From the IMG/VR virus record IMGVR_UViG_3300036715_002161, positions 74,037-138,036 of that record: DNA of 64,000 bases; one strand, given 5' to 3'. The notes beneath the pieces are model-generated. The model was given only the letters and a program-made list of their open reading frames with translations. It was not told the origin of the DNA and made no database searches. The position numbers were made by a program, and so were the translations under genes. Every line of letters begins with the position of its first letter. The first letter of the stretch is position 1. Of this stretch, positions 1 to 9,429 are shown piece by piece. The DNA is from a virus.

Positions 1-1843
1 GGCCAATAGTCAAGTGAGTATTTTGGCGGCATTAGAGAGTATAACTGATAATGATCCGGCCACAGAGGCCACTCTGACCACACCTACTAATTCAGTCAAA
101 ACTTCTACCCTACCTTTATTTTTACGGAATTTCAAAAATAGACTTATTGGTATTCCAGGGGTCATGGTCAATTTCTGGCAACAAATAAAAAGGGATACTT
201 TTAATAAAGACTTGCTTCCTTTTATGGATATATTTAATAAATTATATCTACCGCTGGTAGAATCAGGTCTACAGATTTTCCAAAGGACTACCGGTCATAG
301 GTTTATAGAATCATTAATAGATGGTTCTAAGACTGACTATGATTGTGGGGCGGCCAATGGAGGGGTAAGGAAAATAATCACTCCTCACCCATATAGACTA
401 TTTATTGAGTCAGCTATTCAACAGGAAATGGCTATAAGAGTTATTAGTGAAACCATGCAGAATACTGGGGAACTTACTGATATTTTCTCTTTGTTCAATG
501 CGGTCTATGAATCTATCGACTACGATATGATTACTTTGGCCAGCCCAGCCGAGTCTGCTAATATGCTAGATGGGGTCAGTACCTGGGCCGCCGATACTAT
601 TATAAAACCCAAACTACCTTTTTATTATTCTCCAACTTGTAATATTTTCTTACCAGGGATGTATCTATCCTTAAATGTAAATAGTGATGAAAGCAATATT
701 CCTAGTAGACTAGACTTTAGAAATGATGAGAGTATTGATGGTACTAATAGTGCCAAACTAAATACTTACTTTAGGGCTCCGGCATCTGTTAGAGAAGCCA
801 TATCCAAAGGGTTTGATCCTCAGGGTAAAAATGACCTTTTGAGTACTACCGGCCAAGGTAAGGGTAAATTCAGTAAATATGAGCAAGGCAGGGGTGTCAA
901 GGTAGAAGTGGGTGTTTTACCTAGATGGCTATCTATGTTTAGTGCCGCTCAGTTTTCTGATCAAAGTAGTAGTAAAGAAAGCTGGCCAGACCCTACAAAT
1001 AAAAACAACTATGATTCTATTGATAGACTGGCAAATGCCTGGACTGCCAGGTATGGCAAAGAAAAGGATAATCTAAATCCATGGGTTAAAAACTCTGATG
1101 TCCAACCCTACCATAGAATGCTATTTTCTGCCGTTGACTACTATTATACTCAGTATGTTGCCAGAAGTAGGGCTGGTGTAATGGATTGTCCGTTTAACCC
1201 ATATGTAATACCTGGGTATCCCTTGGACATTATCTCAGGAAACCCAACCTCGCCAAGTTTCCATGGCTTATGTACTAGCATAACCCATACAATAACCTCT
1301 ACCTCTTGCCAGACTACTGTGTCTTTTGCCGCAGCCCTGACTTATTCTCAACTGGTAAACTACTATATACCTTTTGTTCACCCCTGGTTAGAGGTCAGCC
1401 TTGGCTTGGCCGATAATCCTACTTTGGTGGCCAACACTGAAGGCAAGATAAAGGCCAAGCAGTTCTACAAAGGGGTATTATCCAATTACGTAACTGCCAT
1501 AGGACCAGAGGACTTGCTGAACTTTTCTACCGGTTTACCCAACCCTTTGACAAGAGGAGGGGACAACTTGGTCGGACCAGGAGGATCAGCCACTTCAGTA
1601 GAGGGACATAATGGCGGAGAAATTAACCCCAATCTGACCTATCAAGGTAATCTAAGTTTAGCATACAGAGAAATTGAGTCCAAGGACAGTATAATGGCCA
1701 GAGAAAATATAAAGTTTATTGATATGCATCCCTCCGTATACAATAGTACCGTCTTCAAGTATATTGATAAAATTATTACTGACCCTAGTCAAAGACTAGA
1801 TCTTAACCAAAGTCCATTCCTGGACTATGCTGACCCCAGTTAA
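1..1843 (+). CDS. Virion structural protein, probably baseplate hub/tail-associated; 5' end truncated by the window
   Basis: Frame is open back to the window edge; lies upstream of baseplate genes; C-terminal segment (PFNPYVIPGYP...ITHTITSTSCQTTVSF) resembles hub-type beta folds. Mostly context-based. Confidence 0.5.
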   Translation, partial: ANSQVSILAALESITDNDPATEATLTTPTNSVKTSTLPLFLRNFKNRLIGIPGVMVNFWQQIKRDTFNKDLLPFMDIFNKLYLPLVESGLQIFQRTTGHRFIESLIDGSKTDYDCGAANGGVRKIITPHPYRLFIESAIQQEMAIRVISETMQNTGELTDIFSLFNAVYESIDYDMITLASPAESANMLDGVSTWAADTIIKPKLPFYYSPTCNIFLPGMYLSLNVNSDESNIPSRLDFRNDESIDGTNSAKLNTYFRAPASVREAISKGFDPQGKNDLLSTTGQGKGKFSKYEQGRGVKVEVGVLPRWLSMFSAAQFSDQSSSKESWPDPTNKNNYDSIDRLANAWTARYGKEKDNLNPWVKNSDVQPYHRMLFSAVDYYYTQYVARSRAGVMDCPFNPYVIPGYPLDIISGNPTSPSFHGLCTSITHTITSTSCQTTVSFAAALTYSQLVNYYIPFVHPWLEVSLGLADNPTLVANTEGKIKAKQFYKGVLSNYVTAIGPEDLLNFSTGLPNPLTRGGDNLVGPGGSATSVEGHNGGEINPNLTYQGNLSLAYREIESKDSIMARENIKFIDMHPSVYNSTVFKYIDKIITDPSQRLDLNQSPFLDYADPS

Positions 1844-1847
1844 AATA
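1839..1847 (+). promoter_or_regulatory. Putative late promoter motif GTTAAAATA
   Basis: Same 9-mer recurs at 3623, 8581, 9416, 15625 and 61785 directly upstream of + strand structural genes. Confidence 0.7.
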
Positions 1848-1852
1848 AAGGT

Positions 1853-2062
1853 ATGATTTCTACCTCAAGTCTGGCCGTCGGAGTTCAAACCGGTGCTGAA
1901 TTAATTCCTACCAATGCTGCACCGGTTCTAAGTTCGACAAGTGACGCCTTGGCCTGTTTTAGTCAACAACAGTTCAGTGCCAAACTACAAACTTACTTGG
2001 TAAGCTATGTAATGGCAGTGGGTGGTTACTATTCATTATACTCAGGGTTTAATCCAGAATGA
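1853..2062 (+). CDS. Hypothetical small protein
   Basis: ORF fills the gap between motif and sigma gene; stop overlaps next ATG (ATGA). Confidence 0.6.
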   Translation: MISTSSLAVGVQTGAELIPTNAAPVLSSTSDALACFSQQQFSAKLQTYLVSYVMAVGGYYSLYSGFNPE

Positions 2063-2754
2063 CAGAAGATGTAAAAAATCTAGACCAAGAGCTTTACTTT
2101 AAATGGGTTGAGGATAAATCCAAGCCTAACCTCAGCAAACTTGTAAAGCAGCTTTATCCAATTATATACTCGGAAGTCCGTAGACAGTCTGGTACTTTAC
2201 CAGAAGCTGCTCTTTCTGGGGAGGCCAAGAAATGGGCCATTAAAGCCATACAGACGTATGACCCTAGCAAGGGGGCCTTATTGTCTACTCATACTGTAAA
2301 CTACCTGGCCAAGACTCGTAGACTTAACTATAAGTATCAAAATGCAGTTAGGCTTCCAGAAAATCTACATAGACAATTCTCTGAGTTTAGAAATGTAGTT
2401 AGTCATTTGACTGATAATCTAAATCGTGATCCGACAGATGATGAGATTGCCGATGAAATTGGCTGGAGTAGGCCACAGGTGGTTAAGTTTAAAGGTGGTC
2501 TGTATGATGACCTGCTGGAATCAGGCTCATTAAAGCCTACTGAGGCAACTCAGTTTAATTCTAATAAGTTCTTGTTGGACCATATACTTTCTCAATTAGA
2601 TAGCCAAGAAAAATTTATACTGAATAATAGAGGTACTATGAATTCAACTCAATTGGCAGAAGCCTTGGGGGTAAATGTAAGTCGCCTCAATTATCTTGTC
2701 ATGAAGTTGACCAACAAAGTAGCCGCCACTAAAAAAGAAATAGGCATGTACTAG
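2059..2754 (+). CDS. Sigma-70 family sigma factor (phage-encoded)
   Basis: Region 2-like KAIQTYDPSKGA, AVRLPE, region 3 LNRDPTDDEIADEIG, C-terminal HTH STQLAEALGV. Confidence 0.85.
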   Translation: MTEDVKNLDQELYFKWVEDKSKPNLSKLVKQLYPIIYSEVRRQSGTLPEAALSGEAKKWAIKAIQTYDPSKGALLSTHTVNYLAKTRRLNYKYQNAVRLPENLHRQFSEFRNVVSHLTDNLNRDPTDDEIADEIGWSRPQVVKFKGGLYDDLLESGSLKPTEATQFNSNKFLLDHILSQLDSQEKFILNNRGTMNSTQLAEALGVNVSRLNYLVMKLTNKVAATKKEIGMY

Positions 2755-2755
2755 T

Positions 2756-3133
2756 ATGGCTGAGACAACTACCAGTTTAGGTACAGACCTAAACAGCATA
2801 CTCGATACTATAAAAGGATATAATAGCGCTATAAAAGCTCACCTATTATCTCCAGTAACAGACACACCTATACTGTTAGATTTAATTAAGCAGTTTAATA
2901 TTGATAACATAATAACCAAATCTAATAGAGAAGCCTTTGCTGGAGGGGACTTAGATCGAGGGGTGTTAGTAGATGTAATACATCAATATGACGCCCTTAT
3001 GAGAGAAATATCTATGAGAGCATCTGCCAAGCTAGAATACTACTCTACTGCCGCGGTTGAACTAGATAATATAAACTCTAAGCTTGATAATCAAAGGGGA
3101 ATATTTATTAATACTATAAGGGGATCTGCATGA
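2756..3133 (+). CDS. Hypothetical protein (baseplate cluster)
   Basis: Tightly packed ORF in structural operon. Confidence 0.6.
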   Translation: MAETTTSLGTDLNSILDTIKGYNSAIKAHLLSPVTDTPILLDLIKQFNIDNIITKSNREAFAGGDLDRGVLVDVIHQYDALMREISMRASAKLEYYSTAAVELDNINSKLDNQRGIFINTIRGSA

Positions 3134-3627
3134 ACCCACGCATAGGCATTGCCGAGAACCTACCAGTAGGAGCCACCAATGATTTATTATTGGTAAGTAC
3201 TCCTGAGGGCTATCCACAAGGCCAGCTTTTTTTTAAATTTGAGGACACCCCTAGAAAAATTACGGGTATTCAGAAAGTAGCCCAGCTATTTTTTAAGATA
3301 CTTTTTAGCACAAAAGGCTCTGATCCGGTTCGGCCCAATATAGGCACGACTTTTTCGGCCAATACGATAGGGGCCAACATAACCACTAATGATAGTGTCT
3401 TCTTGGCAACCATAACAGATGCTATAAACGATGCGGGTAATCAGGTTAAAGGTATTCTAAATACCCAGGGTAGTGACCCTGCTAGTCAACTAAGTAGATT
3501 ATCTATTCTTGGCATAACCACTTTTAAGGATGCCTTGGGAGTATATGTTCAGATAACTACTGCTGCCGGTGAATCCGCCTCCGTGGCTATACCTTTCCCG
3601 GAACTTAACCTACCCCTTTCCAGTTAA
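3130..3627 (+). CDS. Baseplate wedge protein, gp25/GPW-like
   Basis: ITGIQKVAQLFFKILFSTKGSDPVRPNIGT matches gp25-like pattern; precedes baseplate J-like gene. Confidence 0.7.
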   Translation: MNPRIGIAENLPVGATNDLLLVSTPEGYPQGQLFFKFEDTPRKITGIQKVAQLFFKILFSTKGSDPVRPNIGTTFSANTIGANITTNDSVFLATITDAINDAGNQVKGILNTQGSDPASQLSRLSILGITTFKDALGVYVQITTAAGESASVAIPFPELNLPLSS

Positions 3628-3631
3628 AATA
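3623..3631 (+). promoter_or_regulatory. Putative late promoter motif GTTAAAATA
   Basis: Exact motif 4 nt before ATG at 3636. Confidence 0.7.
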
Positions 3632-3635
3632 ACAC

Positions 3636-5633
3636 ATGACTATTACTACTGACCTATTCAGCTATTTACCAGGCCTTCAAGTATCTCCCAACGAAATCTT
3701 AGAGAGTGAGTTATTTTGCCAGCAAGTGTTACAGGCTCAGTTCCCCGACACTGATTGGAGGCAAGGTACGGGTGTTACCGATATGGTAATTAGGCCTAGT
3801 GCAACTCTACTGGCCTTAATTAATAAGGCACTAATTTTCTATTTCTCTCAAAATACCTTGGCCAGTGTAACCAATGACACTTCTACCAGTATCGTAGATA
3901 GTCTGTTGTCCAATTGGTTTATTACTAGAAATCAAGGATCTGCCTCAGTAATTAATGCCAGACTATATTTTGCTGTATCTAAAAATGTCATCTTAAATAC
4001 GAGTACATATTTTTCCCCAGATAACGTCTTACGTTTTTACCCAAGTGGTTCTCTGGCATTCAATGCAGATCAGATGAGTCTTGATATACCCTCTAATTCT
4101 TGGTACATAGATGTAGACCTGGTGGCAGAAACTCCAGGTAGTGGCTATGACATAAGCTCAGGTAGTCTATTATATTTCACCACATTCGACACTTATTTCT
4201 TACATGCCGAGATCAACTATTTGTCAGCGACATCGATTTCCTCCGAGAGTAACCTAGATTTTGTAAAAAGAACTTCGGACAGTATCTCTACTCGTAATCT
4301 TATAAATAACCCCAGTATCAGCTCTAACCTACTGGAGAATTTTTCCCTTATAACTGAAGTAGCCTCAAAAGGTCTAGGGGACCCAGAAATGATTAGGGAT
4401 CTTAGTCTAGTAACACCCCCATTTCCAAACGTACCAATATGGGTACATACGGGAGGTATGGTGGACGTATATTGCAGAGTACCTTTGACTACTAATACGT
4501 TACAATTTGTAACTGATGTTAATGGCAAAGTCTATATACCCGGCCCTAACTACAAAGGCATTCGCTCAGGCGTAACCGGAGGTATAGACGTTGATACAAT
4601 GTTTGTAACTCATTGCCAAGCCTTACCCAATACTTTTCAAATTACTGTAGATTCTACTAATGGACTCGTCCTATTTGGGAATATAAGTATTGAAGGGGCG
4701 GCTCCTGGAAATAATACCTTAAATACCCAGATAACGGCCATATCCGGGTCTCTTATTACTGTGGCCGACAAGATTTGGAATACTCTTTCGGACGCCGTGG
4801 TAGGCCCTGCCTATGTTGTTAGCAATCCTAATTTTGGTCAAGCTTCTGGCGTGTCCTTGAACAGTGGCTCTAATACTACTAATACTTTTGCCTTTTCCCC
4901 TTTTGCCGAAGTTTCTTTTGCTGGATTAGTCATTAGTGGTACTACTGGGTTAGCCACGGCCACCAGACCAGATCATGGTATCACTCCCGGTAGGTATGTG
5001 ACCATATCAGGAGCTACTCCTACAGGATATAATGGAACTTTTAAAGTTCTGTCATCTACAAAAGATACTTTTACCTATGAGATAGCTCCTAGTGTGACCG
5101 GGGCGGCTACTGGAATAATTAGCCTGTTCTATGTAGTTCCCAATAGTGATATTGGTTTTAGCAGTAGGCAACAATTACTATACGACTTTGGTACTGGCCA
5201 GGCCAATAAGACAGTTAGTCTTTCATTACATTCTTTTCAAGGATTGGACGGTATTCAGAACTACCTATCCAGTAAGAGTAATAAGGTCTTGGCTGCTGAT
5301 TTATTGGCTCGTGGATTTAATCTATGTATGCTGGATATTGAAATAGTAGGATATACTGGGGTAGCACCTAGTTCTGCCTTGTCTCTATCCCTGACACAAA
5401 ACTATCTGTCCTCTTTAGTTCCAGGCCAGGTTTTTGTTATGTCTGACCTGCTATCTACTTTGTACTCTGGCGGTATTACTACTATAAAGACTCCAATATC
5501 AATTACTTATAATATATATACCCGTGACCTGGTTCCTCCCATATCTGGTACTATTACGGACACCTTAAACACTAGAGATTCAACCAATATATTTATGGTT
5601 AATAGCATTAGTACTAGCTCAGAAAATGTCTAA
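3636..5633 (+). CDS. Baseplate J/gp6-like wedge protein
   Basis: N-terminal DWRQGTGVTDMVIRP, VDLVAETPGSGYDI, ESNLDFVKR and GGMVDVY are typical of baseplate J-like proteins; position after gp25-like gene. Confidence 0.75.
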   Translation: MTITTDLFSYLPGLQVSPNEILESELFCQQVLQAQFPDTDWRQGTGVTDMVIRPSATLLALINKALIFYFSQNTLASVTNDTSTSIVDSLLSNWFITRNQGSASVINARLYFAVSKNVILNTSTYFSPDNVLRFYPSGSLAFNADQMSLDIPSNSWYIDVDLVAETPGSGYDISSGSLLYFTTFDTYFLHAEINYLSATSISSESNLDFVKRTSDSISTRNLINNPSISSNLLENFSLITEVASKGLGDPEMIRDLSLVTPPFPNVPIWVHTGGMVDVYCRVPLTTNTLQFVTDVNGKVYIPGPNYKGIRSGVTGGIDVDTMFVTHCQALPNTFQITVDSTNGLVLFGNISIEGAAPGNNTLNTQITAISGSLITVADKIWNTLSDAVVGPAYVVSNPNFGQASGVSLNSGSNTTNTFAFSPFAEVSFAGLVISGTTGLATATRPDHGITPGRYVTISGATPTGYNGTFKVLSSTKDTFTYEIAPSVTGAATGIISLFYVVPNSDIGFSSRQQLLYDFGTGQANKTVSLSLHSFQGLDGIQNYLSSKSNKVLAADLLARGFNLCMLDIEIVGYTGVAPSSALSLSLTQNYLSSLVPGQVFVMSDLLSTLYSGGITTIKTPISITYNIYTRDLVPPISGTITDTLNTRDSTNIFMVNSISTSSENV

Positions 5634-8580
5634 TAATATTTCGCAGTTTTCTTCCAAAGGTCTTGATCTTGGTATAGACTCCAAGGTCTTGACCTTTATG
5701 TATGGGTTATCCGACTTTTGGAGATTCATGTTTGAAGACTCTGAAAAAATAAATCTTCTATTAGAGTCTGGGGCTACTCAGGCATCAGAAATTTATAATC
5801 ATTTTCTACAACTGACCTCTACCCTTAGTCTGGAGGGTATTTCAGCTCTGACAAATTCCCAGATAAAGCTGGTTTTAATAAATTCTACTGACCTGGTACC
5901 CGGCACGCCTTCTACTTATAAAATAAATGGTATATCTATTTCTTCTGCTAGGTTTATAGCAGACAAACCTTTTCTGCCAACGGCCACCTTAGAAGAAGGA
6001 GCTCATTACTTTATAGATGCCGGCTCTAATAATCTGTTACTATATAAACCAATAGAATCAATAGGTTTTCCTTCTAGAGTATTACCGGACGGTACTACTC
6101 AGTATTCTATTTGGATGGTGGATGCCAGGATAGATGAACAACTAATATCTAAGTATTATGGCAATCTGATTTCCATAAGCCCAGAAACGTCTACAGATAA
6201 CTTTAGTAACTTTGTATATGGACTATATTACCTATATACCAATGGTCCGGTTCTAAATACAATTAAAAAGGCCCTTAATCTAGTCCTAGGCATCCCGTTG
6301 GCTAGAGGCGTAGAGACTATACTTGACATTAGGCTATACCCCAATTCGCAACAGTATTTAGTAACCACCGATTCCAACTCCTACTTATTACCCTATGGAT
6401 TATCTCCAACCGGACAGGTAGGGGATGTTCTACAACCATTTCAGGAATTAACAAGTTGGGTAGTTATTAAGGATTACGTATCCGACGGAGTGTGGTGGCT
6501 TAATCTAGCTATACCTCCAGAACTGATACCATACCCCCCCAATGGTAAGGATAATAGGGCTACTGCTGGTAGTCATGCAGAGTATGTCATGGCCAATTAC
6601 TTGTACAAAAATACTTTTTTGGTCAATGTAAATACTACAAGTTTCAAAGACTTGGAACTTTTTACAAAACTAACAGACGTTATTAGCAGAGTTCGGCCAA
6701 CTTATACAAGCCCTATTTACATTTGGTCGGTTCCGGTCCCAGATGAAAAAATAGGTATATCAGATGCTAATCTAACCCTGGAGGTAGACAGCGTCCAAGT
6801 AGAATACGTATGCCCTAATATAGGGGTTTTTACAAGAGACTCCACTACTCCTATTTCTAGAAGAGGCGGGGCTTTTACCAGATTTTCTGGCCCCTCTTCT
6901 ATGGACCGTCAGGTTGGAACTAGCCCAATAGACAATGGTACAGGCACCATAGTAAATGGGACTACGGTTACTGGCTTTCAAGGCAGATTAAGACAATTTA
7001 GAAGTGCGACCAAAAACGAAGAAGGCTGGTTAAAAGCAGTAGTAGTCTATCCTACTGACAACTTCGTCCCCAACAATACTACACTATCTTTCTGTAGGGG
7101 TATAGATACCACTATTTCATCTTGGGGTATACCCGTCTATACAAACCCAGCCTATGCGGGGTTTAGGTCTGTATATTTACATACTACTAGTGTTGACTCT
7201 TTAAGAGCCAATGGCATAGAATTTACAGCCGTTTCAAATGACGTTACAGTACAGGTTACTGATAGTACGATAGGTAACGGCGATGGTGCTACTTCTAGCT
7301 TCAGGATAACTACCGGAGCTCAGACCTTGGTTGGAAATACCGACGTATTCAAAACTAACTGGCAGGGTAGGCAGTTACAGTATTTAAATCCCAGAACTAA
7401 CTTATTGACAGGCTCTGAAAGTATATCCAATGGATCCAATGGATGGTATGGTAATGATAGTCCGGTATACACTACGGATGGTACCATAGGACCAGATGGT
7501 GTAGGAGTAGCCCAGTTATTAATTGCAGGTGCTCAAAATTCCGGGTATGGTATTGGGAGCTTCCAATTAGGCATATTTGTACTTGGTCTGCAATATACTA
7601 TGTCTTTATTTTTTAAAGTCCCATCTAGCGGTAATTGTAATATAATATTTGGTAGTGATATAGAGCTTTGTGCAGTAAATACCACTACTTTAAAAGCTTC
7701 TTCCACAAAGGGAACTACTACTTTGACCAGTGTTGGTAATGGATGGTATAGGGCAAGTATTACCTTCACAGCTACAACCCCTAACCCTGTTATATACTCG
7801 TCCAATACGGGACGAGTATACATATGGGGTGCTCAAATAGAACGGTCCCCGGTACTCACTTCTTATATCAAAACAACCACAGCCCAAGTTACTAGAACGG
7901 ACTATTCATTAGTAGATGGACAAGTGATAATGAATAACCCTATACCTGAGAGTGGATCTATCATTAGCTGGTCTGGGGCCTATAGTGAAAGTAAACAAAC
8001 ATCTAATGGGACTGGAGGATGGCATACTCTGGCTTCTGGATCTAGGAATACAATGGGCATAAATACTGCTCCAATAAATGATGGTACCGGATACTCTGTT
8101 GCAAACTTCTTAATCCAAAACTTTAGCTCCTTATTTATAAGGGATACAGGGGCTAATCTACCGTGGTATTATCCAAAAAACTCGTATACCTCCATACCAT
8201 TGTCCGTTTCAGACGTTATTTCTGGTGACTTCTTAATGTTTTTTGAGCATGGTGACGACACAGGTATTAGCGTATATTGGGTAACATCTAATAACAACTT
8301 CGTAGGAAGGCCCTATATAAGCACTAACTCCTCTGATGATTTGTCAATAACCATAAGTGGTAACATTTCTAGAGGTATGGGGAATATCGGTAGTCCATAT
8401 TTTCTGACTCGTGGATCTCAGCAAGTAGTGATAGGCGGGGTAAGGGCTACTAATACCCTGAGTATAGATGCTGGTACTACAGACCTAGGAGCCTTATACT
8501 CCAATTACTCAGATTCTTTAAACCTTATTCAAAATATGGATAGATCGGGTAAATCCCTAGTGGTCAAGGGATACTTCTAG
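5626..8580 (+). CDS. Large baseplate wedge protein with inserted beta-sandwich (head-spike/carbohydrate-binding-like) domain
   Basis: Follows baseplate J; LYTNGPVLNTIKKALNLVLG; insert RTNLLTGSE...GNGWYRASIT...YIWGAQIE...TSYIKTT common in phage fibre domains. Confidence 0.65.
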   Translation: MSNNISQFSSKGLDLGIDSKVLTFMYGLSDFWRFMFEDSEKINLLLESGATQASEIYNHFLQLTSTLSLEGISALTNSQIKLVLINSTDLVPGTPSTYKINGISISSARFIADKPFLPTATLEEGAHYFIDAGSNNLLLYKPIESIGFPSRVLPDGTTQYSIWMVDARIDEQLISKYYGNLISISPETSTDNFSNFVYGLYYLYTNGPVLNTIKKALNLVLGIPLARGVETILDIRLYPNSQQYLVTTDSNSYLLPYGLSPTGQVGDVLQPFQELTSWVVIKDYVSDGVWWLNLAIPPELIPYPPNGKDNRATAGSHAEYVMANYLYKNTFLVNVNTTSFKDLELFTKLTDVISRVRPTYTSPIYIWSVPVPDEKIGISDANLTLEVDSVQVEYVCPNIGVFTRDSTTPISRRGGAFTRFSGPSSMDRQVGTSPIDNGTGTIVNGTTVTGFQGRLRQFRSATKNEEGWLKAVVVYPTDNFVPNNTTLSFCRGIDTTISSWGIPVYTNPAYAGFRSVYLHTTSVDSLRANGIEFTAVSNDVTVQVTDSTIGNGDGATSSFRITTGAQTLVGNTDVFKTNWQGRQLQYLNPRTNLLTGSESISNGSNGWYGNDSPVYTTDGTIGPDGVGVAQLLIAGAQNSGYGIGSFQLGIFVLGLQYTMSLFFKVPSSGNCNIIFGSDIELCAVNTTTLKASSTKGTTTLTSVGNGWYRASITFTATTPNPVIYSSNTGRVYIWGAQIERSPVLTSYIKTTTAQVTRTDYSLVDGQVIMNNPIPESGSIISWSGAYSESKQTSNGTGGWHTLASGSRNTMGINTAPINDGTGYSVANFLIQNFSSLFIRDTGANLPWYYPKNSYTSIPLSVSDVISGDFLMFFEHGDDTGISVYWVTSNNNFVGRPYISTNSSDDLSITISGNISRGMGNIGSPYFLTRGSQQVVIGGVRATNTLSIDAGTTDLGALYSNYSDSLNLIQNMDRSGKSLVVKGYF

Positions 8581-8589
8581 GTTAAAATA
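8581..8589 (+). promoter_or_regulatory. Putative late promoter motif GTTAAAATA
   Basis: Exact intergenic motif 5 nt before ATG at 8595. Confidence 0.75.
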
Positions 8590-8594
8590 ATTCA

Positions 8595-9062
8595 ATGAAC
8601 TTACAAGATAATATTGACTTGACCGGTACTCTGAGTATCTATCTAGATTATGGTGAAGGTAAAGAACTTTTTTTTAAAAAACAAAACTTAATCACAAATG
8701 TGGCTCGTATGGCCCTGCTCAGGTCTCTAACAATTTCTGGTGTTTCAGATCCTATAATAACTCTACATGCAGGTACTGGAGGTACTAGTGACACCAAAGG
8801 ATTATATCCATATGTAGAAAATCCTTTGGCAACCGGGTTGGCCCATGAGGTTATCGGGGTTCCAGTTAGCACCTTAGAAGACACCAATGCCATTACTATA
8901 ACCTTTTTGGCCGATATTTTGACCACTCAGGCCAATGGATTACTGATAACAGAGGCTGGGCTTTTTAAAACAAGTGGGGCCATGTTTAATCTAAAAAACC
9001 ATCCTGGTATTTTTAAAAGTGCTGCATTCTCCATTCACTATGAGTGGGTAATTGCCACATGA
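8595..9062 (+). CDS. Tail fibre attachment/baseplate protein
   Basis: KQNLITN...GTGGT...ANGLLITEAGLF...YEWVI pattern of tail-collar/fibre N-terminal family. Confidence 0.65.
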   Translation: MNLQDNIDLTGTLSIYLDYGEGKELFFKKQNLITNVARMALLRSLTISGVSDPIITLHAGTGGTSDTKGLYPYVENPLATGLAHEVIGVPVSTLEDTNAITITFLADILTTQANGLLITEAGLFKTSGAMFNLKNHPGIFKSAAFSIHYEWVIAT

Positions 9063-9415
9063 GCTCTTTGACATTTACTACTTCTTTAGTAAATGATTCC
9101 TACCATATACAAGTTAACGTAACAGGAGGTAGTCAACTACCTTCTGGGATTTTCGTGTATGAAAATTCTGGTACCAACCTACTAGGAAAATACTATGGTA
9201 TTTGTAGTTTGGCTGAGTTAACCAGACTTACCCTATTTACAGGGGAGGTGTTACCAGTATTCGGAAATAGGTTTGTCCGTAGTACTCAGGCTGATATCTC
9301 TGTCCCATTGGATTCTGATATAGCCGGAATAATAGCGACAATAAGTCACTCTGTAAGATTGCTTAACAAGGCCTATACTGGTCTTGGGTCTGTGACAAGC
9401 ATAGTTCCCCTCTGA
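9059..9415 (+). CDS. Hypothetical structural protein
   Basis: ATG at 9059 overlaps the upstream stop (ATGA); preferred over 9044. Confidence 0.55.
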   Translation: MSSLTFTTSLVNDSYHIQVNVTGGSQLPSGIFVYENSGTNLLGKYYGICSLAELTRLTLFTGEVLPVFGNRFVRSTQADISVPLDSDIAGIIATISHSVRLLNKAYTGLGSVTSIVPL

Positions 9416-9424
9416 GTTAAAATA
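9416..9424 (+). promoter_or_regulatory. Putative late promoter motif GTTAAAATA
   Basis: Exact intergenic motif 5 nt before ATG at 9430. Confidence 0.75.
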
Positions 9425-9429
9425 AATTT

